From Planctomycetales bacterium (GTDB lineage Bacteria > 4484-113), in contig JBBIRS010000001.1 in the NCBI GenBank assembly GCA_037441675.1, positions 1 to 64,000 on the forward strand: 64,000 nt of DNA, written 5' to 3'. This document shows positions 28,375 to 38,501 of this stretch, one piece after another. Position 1 is the first letter of the stretch; each line of letters opens with the position of its first letter. Made by a program: the position numbers and the translations under genes. The notes beneath the pieces are model-generated. The model was not told the origin of the DNA, did no database searches, and saw nothing but the letters and a program-made list of their open reading frames with translations.

Positions 28375-30114
28375 ATGAACGTAAACTTGAAGAAACTTTA
28401 CAAATCGCTCGCGATTGGTTGGTTGTCTATTGGTTTGCTCTCCTGTGCTTCCCATAAAGCTAAGAATAGTTTCACTCCCGACCACTATTTACCTCATGGT
28501 GGAACTCAACTTTTAAGCGTTACCATTGGGAAACAGACTTCTGGTCTTCCAACCGGAGTAATTGTGACATGGGAACGGGTAGCAGATTCTAGGGCAGTTG
28601 GCTACTATCTCTATCGTTCTACATCCCCGATTCCTGACGTTCCTGATCCAACATTGCGAACAAATGGTGGGAATTTGATACCCCAACCGCCTTCCGGCAG
28701 TTTTGTGACCTTCCAAGATATGTTTTTCCCCGTGGTGGGGGCTACCTATTATTATCGTGTTTCTGTAGTAGACGTAGCGTCCCAGGAAAGCGAGCTAAGC
28801 AATGAGATGAGTATTACAATTCAGGGACATCGCGTAGATGGTATTAACCCAACCCAGGGCTATTATGGAGATCTTGTCACTCTTATTGGCGAGAACTTCG
28901 GCATTTATAATCCTTCCACAGATTCAGTCCTGTTTAACACTGACAACTTGGAGAAGTTGTCTGCGAGTATCATCAGCTGGAATGAAACACCAGGACAGAT
29001 TACAGCAATTGTTCCTCAAGGGGCTATAACTGGCAAGGTTCAGGTTGTAATAGCAGGCACGATTGCAGAAACGGATGAGGATTTCGTAGTATTAAGCCCC
29101 TTTTTAACTGAAGTAGTGCCACCAAATGCTACCCAAGGCGACATAATTACCCTCCTAGGAGAAAATCTTGGTGATACGCCAAGTGGTGATGACAGGGTGG
29201 TTCTGCCTGGCGGGACTGTTTTACGGTATGACAATACTGCATACATTCTCTCCTGGGGCTCCACTCAGATAACACTTCGCGTCCCACCGTTATCTACTAA
29301 CGATGGTGAAATTTATGTGGTGACTGGAGGGGTAGAGACTAACGGCGTATCCTTTTCAATTCGTCCAAGATTGGATCAGCTATTTCCATTACCGGTGGTT
29401 CTTGGTTCGCCTAATGAGTATCACATAATTGGAATAAATCTCGGCAATAAGTCTGATTCAATGCTATTGATAGTTGATCTCTCGGCAAATCCAATGCCTC
29501 CAGTTCAAATACCTCCCGCGGAAGTGTCAGTATGGACTAATAGTGAGATTATCTTCAGGATACCGTCAGTTATCACCGGTTCTCTCCCAGCCTTTAGGGT
29601 TGTCAGGGGACAGGCTGAAAGCAACGATTTGGCTTTCTCTCCATTCCCTCTCCTTAGCATATCTTTTATTAGTCCTCAACCTCTTTCAACTATTGACAGA
29701 GCAACAGATTTCGTTCTCAACTTAAGTGGAACAGAAATGGTGGAGAGGGTGGAGTATTACCTTCTTCCATCTTCCGACCCATTTGAGGTTCAAGAGGATC
29801 AAGAATTTTACTTTGTTAATTTTGATCCATCAGGGTTTTTTAACGGTCGTTACACAATTGTTGCAGTAGCCTATAGATTGGCTGAAGTCGCTTCTACTTC
29901 AATTACCTTTGATCTTTTATCACTTGTCGGCGATGTTAACGCTGATGGTTCTGTGGATGAACTAGATGTAGCTGAATTAGATGCTCTGTTTGGAACTACC
30001 TTTGGTCAGGAAGAATATCGTGCCTATCGCGACCCAAACCGCGATGGTGTTATAGATGAACGGGACGTAACATTGGTTGGTTACAACTTTGGCTTGAGTA
30101 TAAGAGGTGAATGA
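28375..30114 (+). CDS. Lipoprotein with FN3-like, IPT/TIG and C-terminal dockerin-like domains
   Basis: Lipobox LLSC; VTW...GYYLYRS...YYYRVSVVD..ES..SN (FN3); IPT repeats; paired Ca loops GDVNADGSVDELD / DPNRDGVIDERD. Confidence 0.8.
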   Translation: MNVNLKKLYKSLAIGWLSIGLLSCASHKAKNSFTPDHYLPHGGTQLLSVTIGKQTSGLPTGVIVTWERVADSRAVGYYLYRSTSPIPDVPDPTLRTNGGNLIPQPPSGSFVTFQDMFFPVVGATYYYRVSVVDVASQESELSNEMSITIQGHRVDGINPTQGYYGDLVTLIGENFGIYNPSTDSVLFNTDNLEKLSASIISWNETPGQITAIVPQGAITGKVQVVIAGTIAETDEDFVVLSPFLTEVVPPNATQGDIITLLGENLGDTPSGDDRVVLPGGTVLRYDNTAYILSWGSTQITLRVPPLSTNDGEIYVVTGGVETNGVSFSIRPRLDQLFPLPVVLGSPNEYHIIGINLGNKSDSMLLIVDLSANPMPPVQIPPAEVSVWTNSEIIFRIPSVITGSLPAFRVVRGQAESNDLAFSPFPLLSISFISPQPLSTIDRATDFVLNLSGTEMVERVEYYLLPSSDPFEVQEDQEFYFVNFDPSGFFNGRYTIVAVAYRLAEVASTSITFDLLSLVGDVNADGSVDELDVAELDALFGTTFGQEEYRAYRDPNRDGVIDERDVTLVGYNFGLSIRGE

Positions 30115-30673
30115 GGGCGTGGCTAGGATATATACCCGTACTGGCGACAAGGGAGAAACCTCCCTTCTTTCTGGGCTACGTGTAAAGAAAAACAACAAAC
30201 GAATTTTAGCCTACGGGGAGATAGATGAGTTAAACTCGTACCTTGGTTTAGTTGTAGCCACAGTAGAAATAGATGATATCAGGAATCTACTGTTAAAAGT
30301 TCAGGGTGAACTGTTCTCTTTTGGAGCGGAACTTTCAGCACAAACTGAAGAGAAAATAGCTAAGTTGCCATCCCGCCTTACTAAAGAAGCAATTGAGCTC
30401 ATTGAGAAAGAGATAGATAGATACAATGAGTTGCTTCCACCGCTAAGGGAGTTCATTTTACCCGGTGGGTCTGTATCATCAGCTCATTTGCATGTCGCCA
30501 GAACGATTTGCAGACGCGCAGAAAGAAGTTTAATTGCTTTAGCTCAAGATGAAGCTATTAATCCCATCCTTCTGGCGTACTTGAATCGGCTTTCTGATTT
30601 GCTATTTGTCCTTGCACGATACGTTAATTTCAAACTTGGCATCAAAGATGAACCTTGGGGGAAAAAACCTTAA
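30107..30673 (+). CDS. PduO-type ATP:cob(I)alamin adenosyltransferase
   Basis: IYTRTGDKGET, AYGEIDELNS, FILPGG, RTICRRAER, YLNRLSDLLF. Confidence 0.95.
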   Translation: MNEGVARIYTRTGDKGETSLLSGLRVKKNNKRILAYGEIDELNSYLGLVVATVEIDDIRNLLLKVQGELFSFGAELSAQTEEKIAKLPSRLTKEAIELIEKEIDRYNELLPPLREFILPGGSVSSAHLHVARTICRRAERSLIALAQDEAINPILLAYLNRLSDLLFVLARYVNFKLGIKDEPWGKKP

Positions 30674-30812
30674 ATTTTATATTAGATTAACACTCTCACT
30701 TTTTTTATTAAAGCTCAGCCTAGAAGACACACACGGAAGTTATTGTTAACCCTTATTTTTAGCCCACCAACTAACCTTAAATAGCTACAGCTCAATCAAC
30801 AAAGGATGATCA

Positions 30813-31484
30813 CTAGTTCAGCCATGGATCTTGAGTAGGTGGTGGAGTAAATCTGATGATTTGATTAAGTATTCTTAGTCTTTCTAATTCAGCTTTGACA
30901 AAGATATAGCGGGAGTAGATACTCTTTGCGTAAAGCCAGCTCTGCTTCCTAGATGGATCTACGGGTAAAAGAGAGGCAAGAGAATTGATAAGTACTCTAA
31001 AAAGCCCGCGCGACATATCCTTTGGAGGCAAAACAAAGCCAGCTGTGCCACCCTTTGAATCAAACTTCAGAACCAAGCTAATAATATCTTGAAGAACATT
31101 CTCAAACTCTATATCATCAGGTAAATCAACTTCCTCCTCACCTAATTCGACTAGAGCAGTTGGGTAGGGTTCAATTCTTATTAAATGTTTAAGGGTAGCT
31201 CTATATTTCCCACGTAGAGTAACATTGTAAAATCCACCTGAATTTACTATGTGACTAATAATTTTCCCACTTGTTCCAACACTCTCAGAGGGAAGAAGAG
31301 TATCACGTTTATCTTTTAATGGTCTTGCCAGAAAGATCCCTACATCTTGCTCTTTCTCAACCGCATCTTTAATTAGTTTCTTATTAAACTCTTCATAAAT
31401 ATATAAGCTTATAGATGTTTCGGGGAAAAACACTACTCCAGGGATAGCCATTATTGGGATTACTCTTGTAGTTATGTTCGCCAT
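30813..31484 (-). CDS. Stand-alone LON peptidase substrate-binding domain protein
   Basis: PGVVFFP...LYIYE, VGTSGKI, L.G.YR, EPY; no ATPase or protease domain. Confidence 0.8.
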   Translation of the reverse strand: MANITTRVIPIMAIPGVVFFPETSISLYIYEEFNKKLIKDAVEKEQDVGIFLARPLKDKRDTLLPSESVGTSGKIISHIVNSGGFYNVTLRGKYRATLKHLIRIEPYPTALVELGEEEVDLPDDIEFENVLQDIISLVLKFDSKGGTAGFVLPPKDMSRGLFRVLINSLASLLPVDPSRKQSWLYAKSIYSRYIFVKAELERLRILNQIIRFTPPPTQDPWLN

Positions 31485-31715
31485 TTTCCTCTGAACTCTT
31501 CTATTAGCATATTATAACCTTAGCAAATATCGTACTTTACTTTGGAAATGAAGTCTTGCGGGCTATATTTCTCCAAAAGGATTTTAAAACCACAAGAATA
31601 GTGCCTTAGAAATGGTGAATTCATTGGTGTAAGAAGTAAAATAAGCTCAAGTTCAATTAGTTTTCCAATTTTAACCTTTGAAGCTTGATAAGCAGGCATT
31701 GTTTGAACTTATATC

Positions 31716-31982
31716 TCAGCCGTTCTTATTAAGAAACTTAAGAATAGCGGTTTCAATCATTAAGATAAGTTCCTCTTTTTGTAAAGCGGTTAAACTATGT
31801 AAGTGGTGTCTACCAAAAACGTAGGTACAAATTTTTTTAATTACATCGTAGTCATATCGCTTGCCATCTTCCTTAGCAACTTTAAGCTCTTCTTTGACCC
31901 CATTCTCGTACGTGCAGGTCAACACGTAGTCATCTCCCTCTTGCCTATCAACTGTAACCGAGATTAATCTTGCTTTAGCCAT
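31716..31982 (-). CDS. Hypothetical protein (88 aa)
   Basis: Isolated ORF with protein-like composition, co-oriented with its neighbours. Confidence 0.6.
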   Translation of the reverse strand: MAKARLISVTVDRQEGDDYVLTCTYENGVKEELKVAKEDGKRYDYDVIKKICTYVFGRHHLHSLTALQKEELILMIETAILKFLNKNG

Positions 31983-32062
31983 AATTTGCCTTAGATACTA
32001 TTTCGCCTAGGTTTTACCTTTTTTATGATACACGCTTTGTACTGGTTCAAATAGAGAAACAT

Positions 32063-32968
32063 TTAGAAAAAGCCGATTTTTGCTCCAAGTTCTTTCATTT
32101 CTAACAATCCCTCTTCCAGTGTAAATTTTGGATAATATCCCGTCTTTCTTAACTTACTCACATCAAGCACGTCAAAGCAAAATTTTTCATTTACCACTGT
32201 ATATGGGAGCTCTTCGCCTAGGACTTTAGATACTAGCTCTGTTACATTCTTTATTGAAGTGCCAATCCCAACTCCTGCGTTAAACGTCTCGCGATCGAAG
32301 GAAGTGTCATCAATTGCCCGCGTTAATAAATCAACCGCATCCTCTACATAGAGAAACTCAACAAAGCTATTCAGGCTCTCATAGAGTCTGGTCATTTCCC
32401 TTTTCCTCCAACCACGGAATAATTCGTAAATAGGATTTCTTTGCATGCCAACTCCAAAAAGCCTGCAGAATCTAAAAATAGTAAAATTGAGATTATGCTC
32501 GCCACCCACTATCTTTATCACTCTTTCTGCCGTATGCTTAGTAACTCCATAAAGCCTTTCAGAGGTAAGGGGACTGACTTCATTAGGGAAATACCCACTT
32601 TCGTAAACTGAAGCGGAAGAAGAGAAAAGCATTTTAATACCTTTCTTGCTAGCTTTTTCTGCAATTAGCGCGCTTGCCCCAATATTCACTTCAACTGCTT
32701 CTTCAGGTTTTGCAAGGCAGAGGCGCTCGGAAGAAATAGCCGCTAGGTGAAAGATAACATCAACCTTACTAACTAATTCTTCAACCAACATCCTATCTTT
32801 AATATTGCCAATTAGTATCTGGAACTTTGGGAAACTTTTCAGATACGCGACAGACCTAGAGTTAGGATCTCTGCAAAGGGCAAATACTTCCCAGTCATAT
32901 TTACTGAGAAGCTTAAGGGCTAAGTTAAAGCCAAGTAGGGAGCTAATTCCTGTTATACCTGCACGCAA
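32063..32968 (-). CDS. NAD-dependent epimerase/dehydratase
   Basis: ITGISSLLG, FHLAA, SSSASVY, YGVTK. Confidence 0.9.
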   Translation of the reverse strand: MRAGITGISSLLGFNLALKLLSKYDWEVFALCRDPNSRSVAYLKSFPKFQILIGNIKDRMLVEELVSKVDVIFHLAAISSERLCLAKPEEAVEVNIGASALIAEKASKKGIKMLFSSSASVYESGYFPNEVSPLTSERLYGVTKHTAERVIKIVGGEHNLNFTIFRFCRLFGVGMQRNPIYELFRGWRKREMTRLYESLNSFVEFLYVEDAVDLLTRAIDDTSFDRETFNAGVGIGTSIKNVTELVSKVLGEELPYTVVNEKFCFDVLDVSKLRKTGYYPKFTLEEGLLEMKELGAKIGFF

Positions 32969-32972
32969 ATCA

Positions 32973-33914
32973 CTACCTATCCTTTATATCAAGTAAACAC
33001 ATTGTTACAAGTGGAAATAGAATCTCTAAATTTCCAGTGAGAGCGTATCCTCTACCTTGAGTGCTGGTGGGCCTCTTAACTACGTTTTCAATAGGCCTGT
33101 AATGCTGAATCATATCCATGTTAACTGCCATAAAGTTATGAACATTATGGCCAAGGTTACGTGCTATAGATAAGCTTTTTAGAAATACTTCCGGAAGTAT
33201 AACCGCGCTAGCAGCGTTAATTACAACTCCTTTTTCCAGTGAGCATACAAGATTGGCAAACTTTCTAAAGTCAATCTCTGTTCCTTTTCCAATGCTAGCC
33301 CCATCAGCATTAGGATGCATATGAATAGTATCAGTTCCATATGCTATGTGAGCGGTTAAAGGGATTCCCCGTTCGTAAGCGTAGTTGATAATTGAGTAAT
33401 TTTTATATGGTAAGTTTTCCTGAGATATCTTTCGCCCAACTGCTTCCCCGATGCCTAAACCTTCAGATACGCCTGCTTTTATAGCGGAGTTAATGAATTC
33501 TCCTATCTCCTTCCACATTCCAAAACTTCCATCCCCAATGGTTATAGAAACGTCCTCACTTGTTTCTCCAATCATAGCAATTTCAGTATCGTGAATAATT
33601 CCCGCTCCTTGCATTGCAAGAGCTGTTAAGAAGCCTTCATCAATTAAACGCATTATATAAGGCGATAGTCCAAGCTTAATAAGTGCATCCCCCATCATGA
33701 GGATGATTTGTTTATTTTCTTTTCTAGCCTGGTTCCACCACCTACAGATTTCCTTTAGGTCATCTGCTTTCAGAAAGGCTGGTAATGTATCAAGGAACTT
33801 TGCAAAAGTCCCATTTGTTTCTATTGGGATTCCAAAAGAACTTACTTTGACTTTGTTCTTACGATCCCGTATTGATTTCATGTTAAGCTTACTTAAATCC
33901 AATGGATCAATCAT
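32973..33914 (-). CDS. Deoxyhypusine-synthase-like protein of unknown function
   Basis: IK.GLSP, GAGIIHDTEIA..G.TSEDV...DGSFGM, GTDTIHMHP, SAVILPEVFLK. Confidence 0.7.
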   Translation of the reverse strand: MIDPLDLSKLNMKSIRDRKNKVKVSSFGIPIETNGTFAKFLDTLPAFLKADDLKEICRWWNQARKENKQIILMMGDALIKLGLSPYIMRLIDEGFLTALAMQGAGIIHDTEIAMIGETSEDVSITIGDGSFGMWKEIGEFINSAIKAGVSEGLGIGEAVGRKISQENLPYKNYSIINYAYERGIPLTAHIAYGTDTIHMHPNADGASIGKGTEIDFRKFANLVCSLEKGVVINAASAVILPEVFLKSLSIARNLGHNVHNFMAVNMDMIQHYRPIENVVKRPTSTQGRGYALTGNLEILFPLVTMCLLDIKDR

Positions 33915-34056
33915 TCCACTCTCCTTAAAATAAATCTTAGCTCATTAAAGATTCTATGGCGAAAACAAATAATTGCCTAAATTATGTTTTTTGATTGAGG
34001 GTATTACCATATTAGCGATTTTACTTCCAAATTCTCTATAAATGGGAGGCAAAAGT

Positions 34057-34548
34057 ATGTCCTTGATGGTTGGGAAAATTGCGCCTGATTTTTCTCTTGA
34101 AGGAACGAGCGGTACTTTTTCATCCGCTGACTTAAAGGGAAACTGGGCTATAGTGTTCTTTTTCCCAAAGGCAAAAACTAGTGTTTGTCAGAGTGAAGTT
34201 CTAGCCTTTAACCAACACTTCAACGAGTTTGCAAGCTTGGGTACCCAAATAGTTGGGATTAGCGTTGATGATATTGATACTTTGACTAGTTGGGTTCAGG
34301 AGCTAGGCTCGTTCAACTATCCCCTATTGTCAGACAAAGACCATGTGGTGTCCAAGGCTTTTGAAGTGTTTTCTGAGAGGGATAAAATAAGCTACCGCGG
34401 GCTATTCATATTAGACCCTGAAGGTAAGATCCGCTATCAAGTGGTTCAGGAGCCTTTCTTTGGAAGGTCAATTGAAGAAGTTAAAAGAATACTACAAGCG
34501 CTCCAGAGCGGAGGTCCATGCCCTGTAGATTGGAAACCCGAAGGTTAG
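34057..34548 (+). CDS. AhpC-type 2-Cys peroxiredoxin
   Basis: APDF, FFP...TSVCQSE, GISVD, YPLLSD, GRS.EE, CPVDW. Confidence 0.9.
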   Translation: MSLMVGKIAPDFSLEGTSGTFSSADLKGNWAIVFFFPKAKTSVCQSEVLAFNQHFNEFASLGTQIVGISVDDIDTLTSWVQELGSFNYPLLSDKDHVVSKAFEVFSERDKISYRGLFILDPEGKIRYQVVQEPFFGRSIEEVKRILQALQSGGPCPVDWKPEG

Positions 34549-34587
34549 TAATTCCACTGTAGAATAACTTTCCTAAAGTAAACCATC

Positions 34588-35886
34588 CTAGATAAAGTGA
34601 TGCCGAACGGCAAACTCATAAAGTTCGTTTCTAAATTTTGGATGGGCTAATTCTATTAGCGCATTTGCTCGTTGTCTGCGGTTTAAGCCGAAAAGGTTTA
34701 CCTTTCCCCACTCGGTAACAACCCAGCGAATATCAGCTCTCGTATCAACAACGCCAGCTCCTGGGGCTAATTCACCAACTATTCTGGATATAGTCTCACC
34801 CTTGGCGGTAGAAGGAAGTGCGACTATTGGAACTCCACCTTTACTTCTAGCCGCGCCACGAATAAAATCAAGTTGACCGCCAAACCCAGAAAATATTTTG
34901 TGGCCTATGGAATCCGCATTCACCTGACCAGTCAAGTCAATTGAAATGGCAGAATTTATCGCTACCATCTTTTCATTCTGCGCAATTACAAAAGGATCGT
35001 TAACATATTCAACCGGATGAGATTCAATAAAGGGATTGTTATCAACGAAATCGTATAGGCGTCTAGTACCCATCAAAAAAGTGCAGATAGCCTTACCCTT
35101 ATGTAATGTCTTTTTCTCACCATTGATAACGCCAAGTTCCATCAAATCGAGAGCTCCATCAGAAAACATCTCCGTGTGGAGCCCTAAATTTCTCTTATCC
35201 TTAAGGAAATGCAGAACCGCATCAGGGACTGCGCCAATGCCCATCTGTAAAGTGCTTCCATCATCAATCAATTCAGAAATGTGCTTTCCGATAGTCCTTG
35301 ACACCTCGTCTACTTCCCCAGAATGGTACTCGTATAATTCATGTTCCACTTCTACCAGATAAGTGATCTTGCTCAGATGAATAAAATTATCGCCTAGAAC
35401 CCTCGGCATTCTAGGATTGATTTCAGCTACTATTATCTTTGCTGTTCTACAAGCAGCAAGTGTTATCTCTGTTCCTACCCCTAAACTGCAAAATCCGTGT
35501 TCATCAGGGGGGGATAGCTGAACTAAAGCGACGTCTATTGGCATTAAGCCTTCAAAAAAGAGCCGCGGAATTTCAAAAAGAAATATTGGAGTCCAATCCG
35601 CTCGTCCTTCATTAATAGCATCCCTCACGTTTCCTCCTGCGAATAAAGCATTGTGCCTAAAGTACTTTTCAACTCCAGGTTCTGCATATGGAGCGTCACC
35701 AAATGTCAGTATGTGTACTATCTCAACATCCTGAACATCCTCTTTTATCGTTTCTAGTGAGTTGACTAAGACCTGAGGTGTTGCTGCTCCGGGGTGAATA
35801 TATACTCGGTTGCCAGATTTTATACAGCTAATCGCTTCTTCAGCTTTTTTGACCTTGCTACGATATCTCTGAAACCAAGTTTCCAA
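34588..35886 (-). CDS. Acetyl-CoA hydrolase/transferase (4-hydroxybutyrate CoA-transferase-like)
   Basis: SPPDEHG.CSLG, TLQMGIGAVP, HTEMFSDG, DLTGQ, SG.GGQLDF.RGA, VVTEWG. Confidence 0.93.
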   Translation of the reverse strand: METWFQRYRSKVKKAEEAISCIKSGNRVYIHPGAATPQVLVNSLETIKEDVQDVEIVHILTFGDAPYAEPGVEKYFRHNALFAGGNVRDAINEGRADWTPIFLFEIPRLFFEGLMPIDVALVQLSPPDEHGFCSLGVGTEITLAACRTAKIIVAEINPRMPRVLGDNFIHLSKITYLVEVEHELYEYHSGEVDEVSRTIGKHISELIDDGSTLQMGIGAVPDAVLHFLKDKRNLGLHTEMFSDGALDLMELGVINGEKKTLHKGKAICTFLMGTRRLYDFVDNNPFIESHPVEYVNDPFVIAQNEKMVAINSAISIDLTGQVNADSIGHKIFSGFGGQLDFIRGAARSKGGVPIVALPSTAKGETISRIVGELAPGAGVVDTRADIRWVVTEWGKVNLFGLNRRQRANALIELAHPKFRNELYEFAVRHHFI

Positions 35887-35888
35887 GG

Positions 35889-37013
35889 TTAGATCCCTCC
35901 CTTGGAAGAATTTAACGATGACTTTTTCTTCTCGTAAATGTCCCTAATAAACTCATTCAGTATTTGTCCCTTTGCAATGTACGTCCCGCTTTTGAAAACC
36001 GGGTTTTCAGAAATTGCTTTGTCAACAGATTCATAGCTCGCAAAACGTAATAGTAATGGAAGTAATGCATTGGAATGAGCTCGGCTTGCAGTCCTAGCAA
36101 CATTACTAGTTAGATTTGGGACACAGTAATGCAGAATTCCATCAACGGTATAAACAGGATCCTGTAGAGTGGTTGGACGGCTCGTTTCGCAGTTGCCTCC
36201 TTGGTCTATTGCTACATCTATTATAAGAGACCTCGGCGTCATTTCTTTTAGCATTTCTCTCGTAATAAGTTTAGGGGCAAGTTGTCCATGAATATGCGCA
36301 GCGGTGATTACGACATCTGAAAAAGAAAGAGCTTTTCTAATATTGGCATCATTGCTAACCATAGTGTTAATATTTCCTCGGAAATCGTGATCAATCTTGT
36401 GCAGTCTTTCCAAGTTCTTGTCTAGGACTATAACGTTCACTCCAAGCTTATGAAAGGACAGTGCGGCATAATATCCAAGCACTCCTCCACCAATTATCGT
36501 CACTGTAACTGCTGGGACGCCGGGTATTCCCATAAGCAGCTTTCCTCTCCCGCCTGATTCCGTTTCAAGGAACCGACCCGCAATTTGTGGCATCATTCTT
36601 CCTGCTATTTCGCTCGCTTGAACCAATAATGGTGCAAAACCGTTCTCAGTCATTTCTTCGTAGCATATTGCGGTAATTTGTTTCCTTACATAAAGGTCTA
36701 TCAGGGCGAGGGGGGCAATCAATAGGTGAGAAAAGGCTCCGATAATCTTTCCCTCCGGGATAATTGAATATTCTTCTGGAATTGGATTCTTTATTTTCAG
36801 AATGACATCCGCACGTTGAAAAACCTCTTCCCGAGAGTAAGCGATAACTGCGCCAGCTGAAGAGTACTCTTCATCTGAAAAACCAGCGTTTATACCACAG
36901 TTGGTTTCGCAAGTTACTAAATGACCTGAACTTACTAGTTGCCTGACACCCATAGGAGTAAGACCAACCCTGTGTTCATTTGTCATAATCTCCTTTGACA
37001 CACCAAAAATCAT
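35889..37013 (-). CDS. ald: Alanine dehydrogenase
   Basis: GV.KE...EHRVGLTP, K.K.P, SEIAGR, IIGGGVLG, DVAIDQGGNCETS.PTT, HYCVPN. Confidence 0.85.
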   Translation of the reverse strand: MIFGVSKEIMTNEHRVGLTPMGVRQLVSSGHLVTCETNCGINAGFSDEEYSSAGAVIAYSREEVFQRADVILKIKNPIPEEYSIIPEGKIIGAFSHLLIAPLALIDLYVRKQITAICYEEMTENGFAPLLVQASEIAGRMMPQIAGRFLETESGGRGKLLMGIPGVPAVTVTIIGGGVLGYYAALSFHKLGVNVIVLDKNLERLHKIDHDFRGNINTMVSNDANIRKALSFSDVVITAAHIHGQLAPKLITREMLKEMTPRSLIIDVAIDQGGNCETSRPTTLQDPVYTVDGILHYCVPNLTSNVARTASRAHSNALLPLLLRFASYESVDKAISENPVFKSGTYIAKGQILNEFIRDIYEKKKSSLNSSKGGI

Positions 37014-37025
37014 TTTTTCCTCCTA

Positions 37026-37043
37026 TTGTGAATAATATCACAA
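37026..37043. promoter_or_regulatory. Rex-type operator
   Basis: TTGTGAATAATATCACAA has one mismatch to TTGTGAA-N4-TTCACAA and abuts the AGGAGG RBS of ald. Confidence 0.8.
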
Positions 37044-37232
37044 TCCTATTACATGTTCCTTATTAAAGTATTACTAGAAACTCACTCCTATAACCATTTA
37101 TCTTTTGCTAACAAGTTTATAAGGTTTAACCATTCTTTATTTTCACACAAGATTTTCATAGTTTTATTGATAACTTAACATTGGGTATAATTTCTGAAGC
37201 TAATTAAAATTAAAACTTCCGCAAACAGTTTA

Positions 37233-38498
37233 ATGGAAAAATCTGGTGAACAAATATTTGCATCTGCACTTTGTCAGGTTGCAGGTGTGGGAACTAGGTT
37301 ATTGATTGAATTGAAGACCCACTTTGGCTCGTATAGCGCCGCCTGGGATGCAAGTGCGGTTGAGTGGTTAGATGTACCTGGAGTAACTGCAGGGTTAAAG
37401 GACAGATTTGATGAATTTAAATCTTCCTTTGACATAGAAGAATATGCCCGTTCGCTTTCCTCCAAAGAGATTAAAGTCTTAGCTATTGACTCACCAAACT
37501 ATCCTGAAATCTTAAAGCAAATAGCAAGCCCCCCGCCAGTAATTTATCTAATAGGTAACTTACAGCACTTAGAACCTGATAAGGTTGCAATTGTTGGCAC
37601 ACGTAAAGCATCAGAGTATGGAAAAGAGGTAGCGCGAAAACTGGCTCGTGACCTAGTTGATCTCGGTCTCGTCGTAGTTTCAGGTATGGCTCTTGGTATT
37701 GATGGATCTGCTCACGAAGGTGCAATTGATGGAGGCGGACCAACGATAGCTGTTCTTGGAAGCGGTGTTGATGTTGTGTATCCAGATGAACATGTCAACC
37801 TCTACCGAGAGATACGTGAACTTGGATTAATTATTAGTGAACAACCCCCTGGTAGTCCACCCCTAAGAGAGAATTTCCCAAGCAGAAACCGAATTATCTC
37901 AGGTTTATGTGTGGCAACAGTGGTGGTAGAAGCTCCTTTAGGAAGCGGGGCGCTATTGACGGCTCATTATGCAATCGAGCAGGGCAGGGATGTATTTGCT
38001 GTTCCAGGTAGTGTTAACAGTTACAGTTTCAAGGGGAATCACAAGCTCATCAAAGATGGAGCAAAATTAATAGAGGATGTTGACGATATAGTTACTTCCT
38101 TCAGGGTATCCAAGTTTGATTTATTGAAAATGGAACAGGAAAAATCTCAAAGGAAGCTATTTGCGGAAGAAGTTCGTACTATTCCATTCCTTGAGGAAAC
38201 ACTAGTATCGGATGAGGCTTCCCTGAAGCGTCCTAAGACGAATAGGGCTAGGCGTAGTTCAGAGAAGGCGTCCGTTGAGTCAGATACGGTTGATGAAAAA
38301 GTCACCACTCAGTTACCAAAATTAACTGAAGAGGAATTATCCCTTCTGAGTGAACTTAGTTACAGTGATGGAACTCATATAAATAATTTGGCTCGAAAGC
38401 TAAAGCTTTCAATGGCGGAGCTTTCCGCCAGATTAACTCTTTTGGAGATTAAGGGCTTGGTGAAATCCCTGCCGGGAGGCTTTTATCTGCGTTTATAG
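37233..38498 (+). CDS. dprA: DNA-protecting protein DprA
   Basis: AIVGTR..S.YG, SGMALGID..AH, FPSRNRIISG, VVEA..SGAL.TA; C-terminal winged helix. Confidence 0.96.
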   Translation: MEKSGEQIFASALCQVAGVGTRLLIELKTHFGSYSAAWDASAVEWLDVPGVTAGLKDRFDEFKSSFDIEEYARSLSSKEIKVLAIDSPNYPEILKQIASPPPVIYLIGNLQHLEPDKVAIVGTRKASEYGKEVARKLARDLVDLGLVVVSGMALGIDGSAHEGAIDGGGPTIAVLGSGVDVVYPDEHVNLYREIRELGLIISEQPPGSPPLRENFPSRNRIISGLCVATVVVEAPLGSGALLTAHYAIEQGRDVFAVPGSVNSYSFKGNHKLIKDGAKLIEDVDDIVTSFRVSKFDLLKMEQEKSQRKLFAEEVRTIPFLEETLVSDEASLKRPKTNRARRSSEKASVESDTVDEKVTTQLPKLTEEELSLLSELSYSDGTHINNLARKLKLSMAELSARLTLLEIKGLVKSLPGGFYLRL

Positions 38499-38501
38499 GG
38501 G

